From: Gammaproteobacteria bacterium
GTDB taxonomy: Bacteria > Pseudomonadota > Gammaproteobacteria > Eutrophobiales > Eutrophobiaceae
Assembly: GCA_965222155.1 (NCBI GenBank)
Contig: CBDCTH010000004.1
Span: forward strand, 288,001 to 352,000
Length of the DNA stretch: 64,000 bases
Direction of reading: 5' to 3'
Position 1 is the first letter of the stretch, and every line of letters begins with the position of its first letter. Below are positions 1-10,067 of the stretch, in pieces. The notes beneath the pieces were generated by a model. That model saw only the letters and a program-made list of their open reading frames with translations. It was not told the DNA's origin and searched no databases. Position numbers and translations under genes: made by a program.

Positions 1-1
1 C

Positions 2-199
2 GGTTGGGCGCCACGTTATCTGGTGACAGATTTATCTGCAGGCATGGCTGAATCACCTGAATATTCTGCCAAAGTGGTGCGAGTTAACCCCCCATCTGCA
101 CCATCTATGCAGAGCGTTCTGATTGAAATGCGTGGTCGCTGGGAAGAGCACGAACCGATGAATACTGAAGATTTTACGCCTTTGGTCGACAACTCGTAG
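2..199 (+). CDS. 3' end of a gene entering the window, possibly a LysR-type substrate-binding domain
   Basis: Open frame from base 2 to TAG 197-199 (GWAPRYLVTDLSAG...); resemblance to LysR C-termini is weak. Confidence 0.3.
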   Translation, partial: GWAPRYLVTDLSAGMAESPEYSAKVVRVNPPSAPSMQSVLIEMRGRWEEHEPMNTEDFTPLVDNS

Positions 200-339
200 C
201 CAACTGGAATCGATCTTCAGCCTATCTTCATATCCCTGGCATTCGGTCATATTGAACATTCTCTGCTCAGAGGGTGGCGCAATCGTTTTAATCATCCAGC
301 ACACCGAAGATCTGGTGGTATATCGCCATGCAATCGCCC

Positions 340-900
340 TCAATCCTCTGGCGCCTCTGTCATGGGATTAAAAGTGGCGGTAATCCGGGTGGCTTCATCG
401 TATAAGCCGGTCATGATGCTGATCAACTTGTTGGTATCATCGAGTTTTTCATCCACCCGGTCGATGTTTTTCGATTGTTCAATCAGGATACGCTTTCTTA
501 ATTCGGCGTAATTCTGGGTCAAGCTTCTGCCTTTTTCAGTTACCCGGTAGATCGGGTTTTTCCTGTTTTGATCTTTTATCCTGTCGCATAACTCCATCTT
601 TACCAGTTTTCTCAGGCAGTATTGAATGTTGGGAATATCGTCCCGGTTCAATTGCCGGGCAATGTCCGCGGCGCTCTTGGGCCGATCATGCATGCGGATA
701 ATGTGGATGATGACGGCCTCTATATAACTCAACTCGCCCATGCCGGTCACGCCGGCAAGCTGTGTCACCCATCTTTCAAAGGCCTGCTGAAAACGCAATA
801 TGCTCCACTCGAATTCCGTGGAAACGGCCTCATGGGATGAACTGGCAAGGTGCCATGCCCGATAATGGGATGCGTCAAAGTTGTCCTTTTTTTTCTTCAC
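340..900 (-). CDS. MarR-like winged-helix transcriptional regulator
   Basis: wHTH pattern (KSAADIARQLNRDDIPNIQYCLRKLVK...YRVTEKG); GTG at 900 preferred because the longer ORF start lies inside a repeat; divergent from the acyl-CoA operon. Confidence 0.75.
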   Translation of the reverse strand: MKKKKDNFDASHYRAWHLASSSHEAVSTEFEWSILRFQQAFERWVTQLAGVTGMGELSYIEAVIIHIIRMHDRPKSAADIARQLNRDDIPNIQYCLRKLVKMELCDRIKDQNRKNPIYRVTEKGRSLTQNYAELRKRILIEQSKNIDRVDEKLDDTNKLISIMTGLYDEATRITATFNPMTEAPED

Positions 901-924
901 CGTGGGGGTTTGCTCAGTTCGTTG

Positions 925-1010
925 AATATTTGGGGTCAGAGTAAAAATACTCAACAATAAATCAGCATCGCCTACCGATTAGATTAATTTTTACTCTGAC
1001 CCCAAATATT
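925..1010. repeat. Inverted-repeat element, family B (GGGGTCAGAGTAAAAAT)
   Basis: Perfect 24-bp arms at 925-948 and 987-1010; second copy at 25370-25456. Confidence 0.85.
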
Positions 1011-1144
1011 AGGGCGGATATATTCCGCTTACCCATGCTATAACTCCCTTAACAGAATTCATGTTTTATCGAAATTTTATTGAAAGTTAAAATGATATTA
1101 TCATATATCGATATGCTTGACCGCTTCCTGGAAATTAACCGATC

Positions 1145-1520
1145 ATGATGGAAACCTGCATCCCCTATGGCGCTTACTGGACCACCCCGTTTGCCAAGTG
1201 GCAGGGCAGCCTCGCCTACCTGCACAGCATGGAATTCGCCGCCCACGTCACCAGGCAGTTCCTGACAGATCGGTGCCTGGACGGAAAGCAGTTCGATCGC
1301 GGTCAATGACATCATTTTTGCCGGGGAAATGGGTATTGACGTCATGACCATGAATAATTACGGCTGTTCCCTGATCTGGGGCCACCCGCAAGGTCCGACG
1401 GGGATGCGCGCGGTGATAGAACTTATTGGGGAACTCATGCTGCTGGGCGGCGGTTACGGCCTGTTCCACGGTTGTGCTGCCGGTGATACCGCCATGGCAG
1501 TGGTAATCCGCGTGAGTTGA
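1145..1520 (+). pseudogene. Thiolase remnant with a large internal deletion
   Basis: N-terminus MMETCIPYGAYWTTPFAKWQGSL joined out of frame to C-terminal AVND...NNYGCSLIWGHPQGPTG...GCAAG thiolase motifs. Confidence 0.8.
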
Positions 1521-3076
1521 TAATGGTTCAAACCGCTGACGGTCTGCCCAGAGTCTTTCCCAGCGTCGTTCACGCACTGGTGGACGCGGCAGCGAAAAGT
1601 CCTGGGCATGAGGCCCTGGTACTGGGCGGGGAACGGCTTAATTACCGGGAATACCTGCGCTGCGTTGCAGGCTTCAGCCGGGAACTGGAAACGCTCGGTC
1701 TGAACGGCTGCCGGGTTGCGTTGCTGATGGGCAATTCCATCGACATGTGTATCGCGCTGTTCGCCATCCATGCCGCGCGGGCGGAGGCGGTACCGTTAAA
1801 CCCGGTTTACACGACCCGCGAACTGTTTCCCATGCTGGAAGATGCCGAGGTATCCGCCGTTATCTTTGATGAGGCACTGGTGGACGTGGTCCGGGACCTC
1901 GCAGCCGAGTTGCAAATCAAACATCTTCTCGCTATAGGCAGCGACTACCGATTGACCGTATGGCGCGCCCGCAGCGATCTCGATACACTGGGTGATCTGC
2001 CGGAAGCAGAAGACCCGGCCACCCTGCAGTTTACCGGCGGCACCACCGGCAGGGCCAAGGGCGCCTGTATCAGTCATTATTCACTGTCCGTCAACGTGAG
2101 CCAGCGCGAGGCCATTTCCCCCACCCGGGATGACGTGGAGAGAACCTTGTGCATCATGCCGCTGTTCCATTGCTACGCAGTGTCCATGTGCCTGCACGCC
2201 ATGGTCTACCGGCGCGGCGCCCTGGTCATTCTGCCGCGTTATCATCCCGAGGAAGCCATTGCCGCCCTGGTGCGGGAGAAGATAACCCTGTTTGCCGGCA
2301 GCCCCACTATTTTCATCGGCCTGTTGAATTATCCCGGCTTTGCCGAAACCGATTTCTCCAACCTGTACATGTCCTCATCCGGATCGGCGCCCCTGGCGGG
2401 AAACGTCCTGAATGAGTGGGAAAGGATTACCGGCACGCCGATACTTGAGGGCTACGGCCAGTCGGAGGCGGGGCCGGTAATATCATTTAATCCGCTGGAC
2501 GGGGTCAGGAAACCCACTTCGGTCGGCATCCCCTTGCCCGCAACGGAAATCCAGGTGGTTGACCTGGAGACCGGCACAAAAATCCTGGAAACCGGGCAAA
2601 AAGGGGAAATCCGGGTAGCCGGTCCCCAGGTGATGAGTGGTTATCGAAACCGCCCGCAGGAAACGGCCCAGGCTTTGCGCGACGGCTGGCTGTACACGGG
2701 CGATATCGGCGAACTGGATGAGGAAGGCTACCTGTACATCCGCGCCAGAAAAAAGGAAATGCTCATCGTATCCGGCTATAACGTTTTCCCCCGGGAGGTC
2801 GAAGAAGTCCTGCACCGGAACCCGGGGGTGGAAGAAGCAGCCGTCGTGGCGAAAACGGACAGCTACCGCGGCGAATTGCCGGTCGCATTTATCGTGCCCG
2901 GGAAAGAGAACGGCGCAGATGAGGAATTATTGCGGCGCTATTGTACGGAAAACCTGGCGTCCTATAAGATCCCCGCGGAATTTCACTTCGTGGACAACCT
3001 GCCCAAGACTGTGGTAGGAAAAGTAGACAAAATCCAGTTGACCGAAATGGCAAACCGGAATCCGGTAAGCAAATAA
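1517..3076 (+). CDS. Acyl-CoA synthetase / AMP-binding enzyme
   Basis: FTGGTTGRAKG, EGYGQSE, YTGD and GKVDK adenylation motifs. Confidence 0.9.
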   Translation: MIMVQTADGLPRVFPSVVHALVDAAAKSPGHEALVLGGERLNYREYLRCVAGFSRELETLGLNGCRVALLMGNSIDMCIALFAIHAARAEAVPLNPVYTTRELFPMLEDAEVSAVIFDEALVDVVRDLAAELQIKHLLAIGSDYRLTVWRARSDLDTLGDLPEAEDPATLQFTGGTTGRAKGACISHYSLSVNVSQREAISPTRDDVERTLCIMPLFHCYAVSMCLHAMVYRRGALVILPRYHPEEAIAALVREKITLFAGSPTIFIGLLNYPGFAETDFSNLYMSSSGSAPLAGNVLNEWERITGTPILEGYGQSEAGPVISFNPLDGVRKPTSVGIPLPATEIQVVDLETGTKILETGQKGEIRVAGPQVMSGYRNRPQETAQALRDGWLYTGDIGELDEEGYLYIRARKKEMLIVSGYNVFPREVEEVLHRNPGVEEAAVVAKTDSYRGELPVAFIVPGKENGADEELLRRYCTENLASYKIPAEFHFVDNLPKTVVGKVDKIQLTEMANRNPVSK

Positions 3077-3090
3077 CCGACGACCGTCGG

Positions 3091-4302
3091 GTGCAAATAA
3101 AATCAAGAAATATTGAGGTTGTCCGCCTTATGCAGGAATACAATAACCCCATCCTGATCCAGCCCACAGGGGAAATACCCCGCAAAATCGGCATTATCGA
3201 CGCCGGCACCATCGGGCCGGATATCGGATATTACCTGAAAAGCGCCATCCCTGATTTAAGCCTGGTGTTGATGGATATCAGCCGGGAAGCCCTGCACCGG
3301 GCTGATGACACAGCCCGGAAGCTGAAGGACGCACGACACGAACCGGGATCTGCTAAAGGAAACAATTCAGGACACCCATGAAATGAAAACAATTCAGGAA
3401 AACAATTCAGGACACCCACGAAATGAAAGCTGGGAAGAAAAATGGGATACCCAGGGGAAATGGAAGACCATTAAACCAGGAGAGAGCGTAGCGGTCCCCG
3501 AAGCCTTGAATGCCATACACGATGACATGACTGATGAAATCCTGACCATCCTGAAGAAATATGAGAATGATCCGCAGACAACCGGTTTCGTCATCACCGG
3601 CTATGGCGCTACGGCATTTTCCGCAGGCGCCGACATCGGCAAGTTTCCATCGATGCTGGGGGACAGGAAACAATCCGTCGATTATGCCCGGGTGTGCTCC
3701 AGGTTGCTGATCTATCTGGATAACTGCAAGAAACCGGTAGTCGCAGCGTTGAACGGAATGGCCCTGGGCGGCGGCCTGGAACTGGTGATTCGTTGTCATG
3801 GAATCGTCGCCGCGAAAAACGCATGCTTGCAGTTTCCGGAGATTAGCCTGGGCATGGCGCCGGGTATCGGCGGCATGGTGGTGCCCTACCGACGCTGGCC
3901 CGCAGCCGCAGCGACTTTTCATACTATGCTGCTCAAAGCTGAAAAAATGACTGTAACGGATGCGGTCGAGCTGGGGATCATTGATAACCTGGCGGATTCG
4001 CATGCTACACTGCTCCCCGGCGCGACCCGATTGGTCAGGGAGCTAGCACAAAAACAACACGTGATTGCCGATACGCCAGTCGATATTGCGCCGCCGCCTG
4101 CCGTTGAGGACGAACCGCTCAGCTTTAATGGCCAAAGACTGAGCGCCAGGCCATCATAGATGCGGCGGCAGCCCCGTCACTGGACGAAGCATTGGAGATT
4201 GGCTATGCCGCGTCTGGCGAGAGCGCCTGCACGTCTGTCGCCCGTGAGGGCATAGGCGCGTTCATGGAAAAAAGAAAACCGGATTTTACTATCACCGGAT
4301 GA
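3091..4302 (+). pseudogene. Fragmented 3-hydroxyacyl-CoA dehydrogenase / enoyl-CoA hydratase fusion
   Basis: Rossmann start (IGIIDAGTIGPDI), repeat-filled break at ~3360-3430, crotonase motifs (FSAGADI, ALGGGLE, PEISLG), frameshifted tail EGIGAFMEKRKPDF ending at TGA 4302. Confidence 0.75.
3359..3428. repeat. Short tandem AAACAATTCAGGACACCC repeats (family D-like)
   Basis: Two full and one partial copy at the pseudogene breakpoint. Confidence 0.65.
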
Positions 4303-4337
4303 AGCGGAACGAAAATGCAAAATACACCGCAGAAATG

Positions 4338-4359
4338 GGGACAGATTTAAATCTGTCCC
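4338..4359. repeat. Palindrome, family C (GGGACAGATTTAAATCTGTCCC)
   Basis: Perfect 22-bp palindrome; relatives at 25319 and 28370. Confidence 0.75.
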
Positions 4360-4394
4360 TTGAGTAGGCCTGAGTAAGCATTAAGAGGAGAAAA

Positions 4395-4781
4395 ATGCAA
4401 AATACACCGGATCACGATAACGGCAATGTAGATGTCTATCATCACCAGGCGGATAACCTGCCGGCGCACGGCTCCCATGATAACGAAGTATTGTCGGAGG
4501 CCAGCGTCGCGGCCTATTGGCGCGCCAATATCAGCCTGTTGCTGAAGTTGCTTGCGGTCTGGTTCATCGTGTCCTACGGCTTCGGCATATTGCTGGTTGA
4601 CTGGCTGAACCAGGTCAGCCTGTTCGGGTTCAAGCTGGGGTTCTGGTGGGCGCAACAGGGTTCAATATACGTGTTTGTGCTGCTGATCTTCGTCTACGTG
4701 GGGCTTATCGGCAGGATCGACCGCAAGTTCGGTGTGGATGACTCCGGCGCAGATGACAACAGGCAGGGAGAACAGTCATGA
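4395..4781 (+). CDS. Small subunit of solute:sodium symporter (DUF4212 type)
   Basis: YWRANI...GFKLGFWWAQQGSI motif, two TM segments, overlaps the symporter start. Confidence 0.85.
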   Translation: MQNTPDHDNGNVDVYHHQADNLPAHGSHDNEVLSEASVAAYWRANISLLLKLLAVWFIVSYGFGILLVDWLNQVSLFGFKLGFWWAQQGSIYVFVLLIFVYVGLIGRIDRKFGVDDSGADDNRQGEQS

Positions 4782-6550
4782 CCACCCAGATGCTGACTTA
4801 CATCGTGGTCGGCCTGACCTTTGCCCTCTACATAGGGATTGCCGTGTGGTCAAAAGCATCATCAACCAAGGATTTCTACGTGGCGGGCGCCGGCGTGCAC
4901 CCGCTGACCAACGGCATGGCGACCGCAGCGGACTGGATGAGCGCCGGTTCATTCATTTCCATTGCCGGCATGATCGCTTTTTCCGGCTATGACGCCTCGG
5001 TCTACCTGATGGGCTGGACCGGCGGTTACGTCCTGCTGGCGCTGTTGCTGGCGCCGTACCTGCGCAAGTTCGGCCAGTATACGGTGCCGGACTTCATCGG
5101 CGAGCGCTATTATTCCGGTTCCGCCCGCGTGGTGGCCGTTATCTGCCTGGTTTTTATTTGCTTTACCTATGTGGCCGGCCAGATGCGCGGGGTGGGGGTG
5201 GTATTCTCCCGTTTCCTGGAAGTGGAAATCACTACCGGTGTGTTTATCGGCATGGCAGTGGTGTTCTTCTATGCCGTGCTCGGCGGCATGAAAGGCATTA
5301 CCTATACCCAGGTGGCGCAGTATTGCGTCATGATTTTTGCGTACATGGCGCCGGCGATCTTTATCTCATTGTTGATCACGGGCAACCCGGTGCCGCAACT
5401 GGGTCTGGCTTCCGAGGTGCAGGACGGCTCCGGTTTGCGAGTGCTGGAAAAACTGGACCTGGTGTTGGCGGACCTGGGTTTTGCCCCTTACACGGAAGGG
5501 ATTAAAAGCACTATCGACGTGTTTGCGATTACCATGGTGCTGATGGTCGGCACGGCCGGTCTGCCCCACGTCATCGTGCGTTTCTTTACCGTACCCAAGG
5601 TGTCCGATGCGCGCAAATCCGCGGGTTATGCCCTGATATTTATTGCCTTGTTGTATACGACTGCGCCTGCCATTGCCGCTTTCACACGACTGATTTTTAT
5701 AGACACGGTGAACAACACTGCCTACCAGGAAGCGCCGTCCTGGGTGAAGACCTGGGAAGATGTCGGCCTGATTGCCTGGCTGGATAAAAATGAGGACGGC
5801 AGGATTCAATATGCCGCCGGCGCTGCCTTCGATGGCGCGCCGGTCTTCATTGACGGCGCCGGCGAACACGGACAGAAGCTGGTCGACAACGCGCCGCTGG
5901 ACAATACCAACGAGGTTTATGTCGACCGGGATATCATGATGCTGGCCAGCCCGGAAATCGCTGAACTGCCGCCCTGGGTGCTGGCGTTGGTGGCGGCCGG
6001 CGGCTTGGCCGCTGCATTATCCACCGCAGCGGGATTATTGCTGGTGGTATCGACGTCTGTCTCCCATGACCTGCTCAAGAAGACTCTGAGGCCGGACATC
6101 AGCGAAAAACAGGAGTTGTTCTATGCCCGTATTGCGGCCGCGGTTGCCGTCTGCTTTGCCGGCTACCTGGGTATCAATCCGCCGGGGTTCGTCGCCCAGG
6201 TGATCGCTTTTGCCTTCGGTCTGGCTGCCGCATCGCTGTTCCCGGCCATTTTCCTCGGTATTTTTGTGCGTAATATGAACCGTGAGGGCGCCATTGCCGG
6301 TATGTTGAGCGGTCTCATGTTTACCGTTGCGTATATCGTCTACTTCAAGTTCGTCAATCCAGCGGCCAGCAACCCGGAAAACTGGTGGCTGGGCATTTCA
6401 CCGGAGGGTATCGGCAGCATCGGCATGGTGATCAATTTCGCCGTCGCGTTTACGGTCAGCCGTTTCACCGCGCAACCGCCGGAACATGTCAAGGCACTGG
6501 TCGATGACGTCCGGATCCCTGCCGGCGCAGGGGTGGCACACAGACATTAA
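4778..6550 (+). CDS. actP: Cation/acetate symporter, ActP-like (SSF family)
   Basis: NGMATAADWMSA, GTAGLPHVIVRFFTV, AAALSTAAGLLL; multiple TM helices. Confidence 0.85.
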   Translation: MTTQMLTYIVVGLTFALYIGIAVWSKASSTKDFYVAGAGVHPLTNGMATAADWMSAGSFISIAGMIAFSGYDASVYLMGWTGGYVLLALLLAPYLRKFGQYTVPDFIGERYYSGSARVVAVICLVFICFTYVAGQMRGVGVVFSRFLEVEITTGVFIGMAVVFFYAVLGGMKGITYTQVAQYCVMIFAYMAPAIFISLLITGNPVPQLGLASEVQDGSGLRVLEKLDLVLADLGFAPYTEGIKSTIDVFAITMVLMVGTAGLPHVIVRFFTVPKVSDARKSAGYALIFIALLYTTAPAIAAFTRLIFIDTVNNTAYQEAPSWVKTWEDVGLIAWLDKNEDGRIQYAAGAAFDGAPVFIDGAGEHGQKLVDNAPLDNTNEVYVDRDIMMLASPEIAELPPWVLALVAAGGLAAALSTAAGLLLVVSTSVSHDLLKKTLRPDISEKQELFYARIAAAVAVCFAGYLGINPPGFVAQVIAFAFGLAAASLFPAIFLGIFVRNMNREGAIAGMLSGLMFTVAYIVYFKFVNPAASNPENWWLGISPEGIGSIGMVINFAVAFTVSRFTAQPPEHVKALVDDVRIPAGAGVAHRH

Positions 6551-6568
6551 TTAATAGAGAGTAAGGAA

Positions 6569-6673
6569 ACAGGTTCGGATAGGCTTTTCAAGACCCGCTG
6601 TAAATACGTCCCTGTACGCTTACCATCCGCTGTCCCTGCGGATGATAGTCTTGAAAAGCCTATCCAAACCTGT
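6569..6673. repeat. Long-stem inverted-repeat element (family F-like), possibly acting as terminator
   Basis: 26-bp arms at 6569-6594 and 6648-6673 with one mismatch. Confidence 0.7.
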
Positions 6674-6709
6674 CTTAACTTTATGTCTTCTGTGGCTTTA
6701 ATTGTTTTT

Positions 6710-6740
6710 TATCTGCGATAATCTGCGTAATCTGCGGATA
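6710..6740. repeat. Solo family E end (ATCTGCG repeats)
   Basis: ATCTGCGATAATCTGCGTAATCTGCGGAT matches the TIR of the 209-bp elements. Confidence 0.65.
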
Positions 6741-6746
6741 AATGTA

Positions 6747-7670
6747 ATGAATATAACAAATGACAGATTCATAATTGCCGCGCTGTACAAGTTCGTCAGG
6801 TTGCCCAACTTCAGGGAGTTGAGACAACCCTTGCTGGATCGTTGTAGTGATCTCCGGCTCAAGGGTACTTTCCTGCTGGCGCCGGAGGGCATCAACGGCG
6901 CCGTCGCAGGCAGCAGGGAAGGCGTAGACGGCATCCTGGACTATTTCCGTTCGGAACCCCGTTTTGCTGACCTGGTGCACAAGGAATCCCGCGCCGCTGA
7001 ATGTCCTTTTCACCGGATGAAGGTAAAGCTCAAGCAGGAGATCGTCTCGCTGGGCGTAGAGGGAGTTGACCCGCAGAATCTCAGCGGCAGGTATGTGGAA
7101 CCGGAAGACTGGAATGCGGAAATCTCCCGGCCGGATACGCTGGTGCTGGACGTCCGTAACGAGTATGAATCCGGGATCGGCGGTTTTCAAAATGCCGTCG
7201 CGCCGCATACAGAAACCTTCCGCGAGTTCCCTGAGTACGTGGAGCAAAACCTCAATCCGGCGGAACATGCCAGGGTCGCCATGTTTTGTACCGGGGGTAT
7301 CCGTTGTGAGAAGGCATCATCTTACCTGCTGTCCCGGGGCTTCAGGGAAGTTCTCCAGTTACAGGGAGGCATCCTGAATTACCTGGAGAAAATCGACCGC
7401 AAAGACAGCCTGTGGGAGGGAGAGTGTTTTGTCTTCGACAGCCGGGTTGCCGTCAATCACGACCTCGGCGAAGGTGATTATGAGCAGTGCTTCGCCTGCC
7501 GCCGGCCGATTACCGAAAACGACATGGCCTCGGAAAAATACCGGTCTGGCGTGTCCTGCCCGCGTTGTCATGATAATTTGACGCCTGCACAGCGCCGCCG
7601 CTTCAGTGAACGCCAGCGCCAGGTCGAACTGGCGCAGAGGCGCGGTGAAAAACACATCGGTGAATCCTGA
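6747..7670 (+). CDS. trhO: tRNA U34 hydroxylase (rhodanese domain)
   Basis: LAPEGING, DVRNEYE, MFCTGGIRCEKAS, GECFVFD motifs. Confidence 0.9.
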   Translation: MNITNDRFIIAALYKFVRLPNFRELRQPLLDRCSDLRLKGTFLLAPEGINGAVAGSREGVDGILDYFRSEPRFADLVHKESRAAECPFHRMKVKLKQEIVSLGVEGVDPQNLSGRYVEPEDWNAEISRPDTLVLDVRNEYESGIGGFQNAVAPHTETFREFPEYVEQNLNPAEHARVAMFCTGGIRCEKASSYLLSRGFREVLQLQGGILNYLEKIDRKDSLWEGECFVFDSRVAVNHDLGEGDYEQCFACRRPITENDMASEKYRSGVSCPRCHDNLTPAQRRRFSERQRQVELAQRRGEKHIGES

Positions 7671-8616
7671 CGGGAAACTGCCGGTCTTCCCGGATCACCT
7701 GGCGCGTTTTTACGATCATGTCAGTCATGGCGATCTCCCCGACTGGCTTGACGCTATAAACAGGCTGCCTGAGATCAGCCCTTCTTTGATCAGGCTTGAC
7801 GCGGACTCCATCCAAATCGGCACTGCGACGGATTGCAGCACATTACAACGCGCAGCCATCCGGCAACAACTGAAACGGCTGCTACCGTGGCGTAAAGGCC
7901 CTTTCAACCTGTTCGGCCTGGAAATCGACGCGGAGTGGCGTTCCGATATGAAATGGCGGCGCCTGCAGGATAAAATTACCCCGCTGTCCTGCCGTACCGT
8001 TCTGGACGTCGGCTGCGGCAACGGGTATTACGGCTGGCGTATGCTGGGAGCCGGCGCAAAACGGGTAGTCGGGACCGACCCCACGCTGCGTTATGTCATG
8101 CAACAGCGCGCCATGGCAAAATACTTGCCCGGAGAACCCTTCGACATACTACCGTTCCCGCTGGAGACCCTGGTTAACGACGCGACGACCCCTGTGTTAC
8201 CTCATGAAGAATTTGATAGCGTCTTTTCCATGGGCGTAATTTATCACCGCCGCGATCCCGTCAACCATATTCGTGATCTGCTGCGGTTCCTTCGGGCCGG
8301 TGGTGAACTGGTGCTGGAGTCCCTGGTTATTGATGAAAAATATGGCGCTGTACTGGAACCCCGCGGGCGCTACGCCAGGATGAGGAACGTCTGGTCGATC
8401 CCTTCCCTGAACACCCTGAAAGACTGGCTGTACGCGGCAGGCCTCACCTCTGTCGAAGCAGCGGATATATCCGTCACAACGCCAGCCGAGCAACGGGCCA
8501 CGGCATGGACCTTCGAGCAATCACTGTCAGACTTCCTGGACCTGCAAAACCCCCACCTCACCATTGAAGGCTACCCGGCCCCGCAACGGGCGATCATGAT
8601 CTGCAGCAGGAACTAA
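7660..8616 (+). CDS. cmoB: tRNA U34 carboxymethyltransferase
   Basis: PWRKGPF, IDAEWRSDMKW, LDVGCGNGY, FSMGVIYHRRDP, TIEGYPAP. Confidence 0.92.
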   Translation: MNPDGKLPVFPDHLARFYDHVSHGDLPDWLDAINRLPEISPSLIRLDADSIQIGTATDCSTLQRAAIRQQLKRLLPWRKGPFNLFGLEIDAEWRSDMKWRRLQDKITPLSCRTVLDVGCGNGYYGWRMLGAGAKRVVGTDPTLRYVMQQRAMAKYLPGEPFDILPFPLETLVNDATTPVLPHEEFDSVFSMGVIYHRRDPVNHIRDLLRFLRAGGELVLESLVIDEKYGAVLEPRGRYARMRNVWSIPSLNTLKDWLYAAGLTSVEAADISVTTPAEQRATAWTFEQSLSDFLDLQNPHLTIEGYPAPQRAIMICSRN

Positions 8617-8680
8617 TCAAAGTTATGTACTGAATGAAAGTGGCTGCTTGAAATAAGTATCAATAATGCTATCATGAGAC

Positions 8681-8935
8681 ATGGATGAGGTAGTAAAAAT
8701 ACTTGGACAAATGGAGGCGAACCCGAATGGGATTCGGTATAGCGAGCTTCAGAAAGTTTGTGGTCATTATTTTGGGAAGCCGCGCCAAAGCAACAGTAGC
8801 CATTGTATCTATAAGACCCCTTGGCCTGGCAACCCACGGGTAAACATACAAAACCATAAAGGCAAAGCTAAAGCTTATCAGGTCAGGCAAGTATTACGTG
8901 CCATAAAGAAACTGGAGACAAATCGTGGAACATGA
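8681..8935 (+). CDS. hicA: HicA-family toxin
   Basis: Basic 84-aa protein, SSH...YKTPWPGNPRVNIQ...AKAYQVRQV; overlaps hicB. Confidence 0.8.
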   Translation: MDEVVKILGQMEANPNGIRYSELQKVCGHYFGKPRQSNSSHCIYKTPWPGNPRVNIQNHKGKAKAYQVRQVLRAIKKLETNRGT

Positions 8936-9254
8936 AATAAATAAATATACTTATCGGATTACTTGGTCTGAAGGTGATCAGGAGTTCGTAGGCTTATGCG
9001 CCGAGTTCCCCGGCCTTAGTTGGCTGGCGCCAGATCCCGACGATGCCTTAAAGGGTATCCGTTCAGTAGTCAAGGAATGTGTTGAGGATATGGCTCAGTC
9101 CGGGGAGGGTATCCCTGTTCCGATTTCCACCAGGCAATATAGCGGGAAATTCATAGTCCGCGTTCCACCGGAAGTGCATCGCCATCTTGCCACCGAAGCT
9201 GCTGAATCCGGCGTAAGTTTAAACCGAATCATCAGCGCGAAGCTGGCAAATTAA
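8925..9254 (+). CDS. hicB: HicB-family antitoxin
   Basis: FVGLCAEFPGLSWLA...YSGKFIVRVPPEVHR...GVSLN (RHH domain). Confidence 0.85.
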   Translation: MEHEINKYTYRITWSEGDQEFVGLCAEFPGLSWLAPDPDDALKGIRSVVKECVEDMAQSGEGIPVPISTRQYSGKFIVRVPPEVHRHLATEAAESGVSLNRIISAKLAN

Positions 9255-9381
9255 TGGTGATCAGGTTCTAGCTTGACCTTGCGGGTTGTCTGATCTGTTC
9301 GGAAAATCGCTGGATTGATCGTTTAAATCTCTGCTAAAATTACCGGGATAATGATTAAAATACACCCGCAGGAGAAATAAC

Positions 9382-10041
9382 ATGCCATTACGTATTGGTG
9401 ATGAAGCACCGAACTTCACCGTCGAAACCACAGAAGGAACGATCAACTTCCACGACTGGATTGGTGACGGTTACGCCATCCTGTTTTCCCATCCCAAGGA
9501 TTTTACCCCTGTGTGCACCACGGAACTGGGTTACATGGCCGGGCTCAAGCCGGAGTTTGATAAACGCAACACCAAGGTTATCGGCCTGAGTATCGATTCA
9601 GTAGAGGATCATAATGCCTGGTTGAGCGACATAGAAGAAACCCAGGGCCATGCGGTCAATTATCCGCTGATCGGAGACACTAACCTGGCAGTGGCCAAGC
9701 TCTACGACATGATCCACCCGAACGCCAGTGGTGCGGCAAAGTCGCGCACCGCAGTGGATAACGCCACGATACGTTCCGTATTCGTCGTCGGCCCGGATAA
9801 GCTGATCAAGCTGATCATTACCTATCCGATGAGCACCGGGAGGAATTTTAATGAAGTACTCCGAGTGCTGGATTCCATCCAGTTGACCGCCAAACACAAA
9901 GTGGCCACCCCGGTCAACTGGCGCCAGGGCGAAGATGTGATCATCGTCCCCGCGGTATCGAATGAGGCTGCCAAGGAGAAATTTCCGGACGGCTGGAAGG
10001 CGCCGAAGCCCTATCTGAGAATCGTACCGCAACCCGAATAA
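9382..10041 (+). CDS. 1-Cys peroxiredoxin (Prx6)
   Basis: FSHPKDFTPVCTTE and YPMSTGRNF motifs. Confidence 0.93.
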   Translation: MPLRIGDEAPNFTVETTEGTINFHDWIGDGYAILFSHPKDFTPVCTTELGYMAGLKPEFDKRNTKVIGLSIDSVEDHNAWLSDIEETQGHAVNYPLIGDTNLAVAKLYDMIHPNASGAAKSRTAVDNATIRSVFVVGPDKLIKLIITYPMSTGRNFNEVLRVLDSIQLTAKHKVATPVNWRQGEDVIIVPAVSNEAAKEKFPDGWKAPKPYLRIVPQPE

Positions 10042-10067
10042 TCCGTATCCCGTCTATTCGGCGCGAA

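Noticed and set aside
53-343. 96-aa minus-strand ORF
   Set aside because: No motifs, and it overlaps a more plausible plus-strand gene end.
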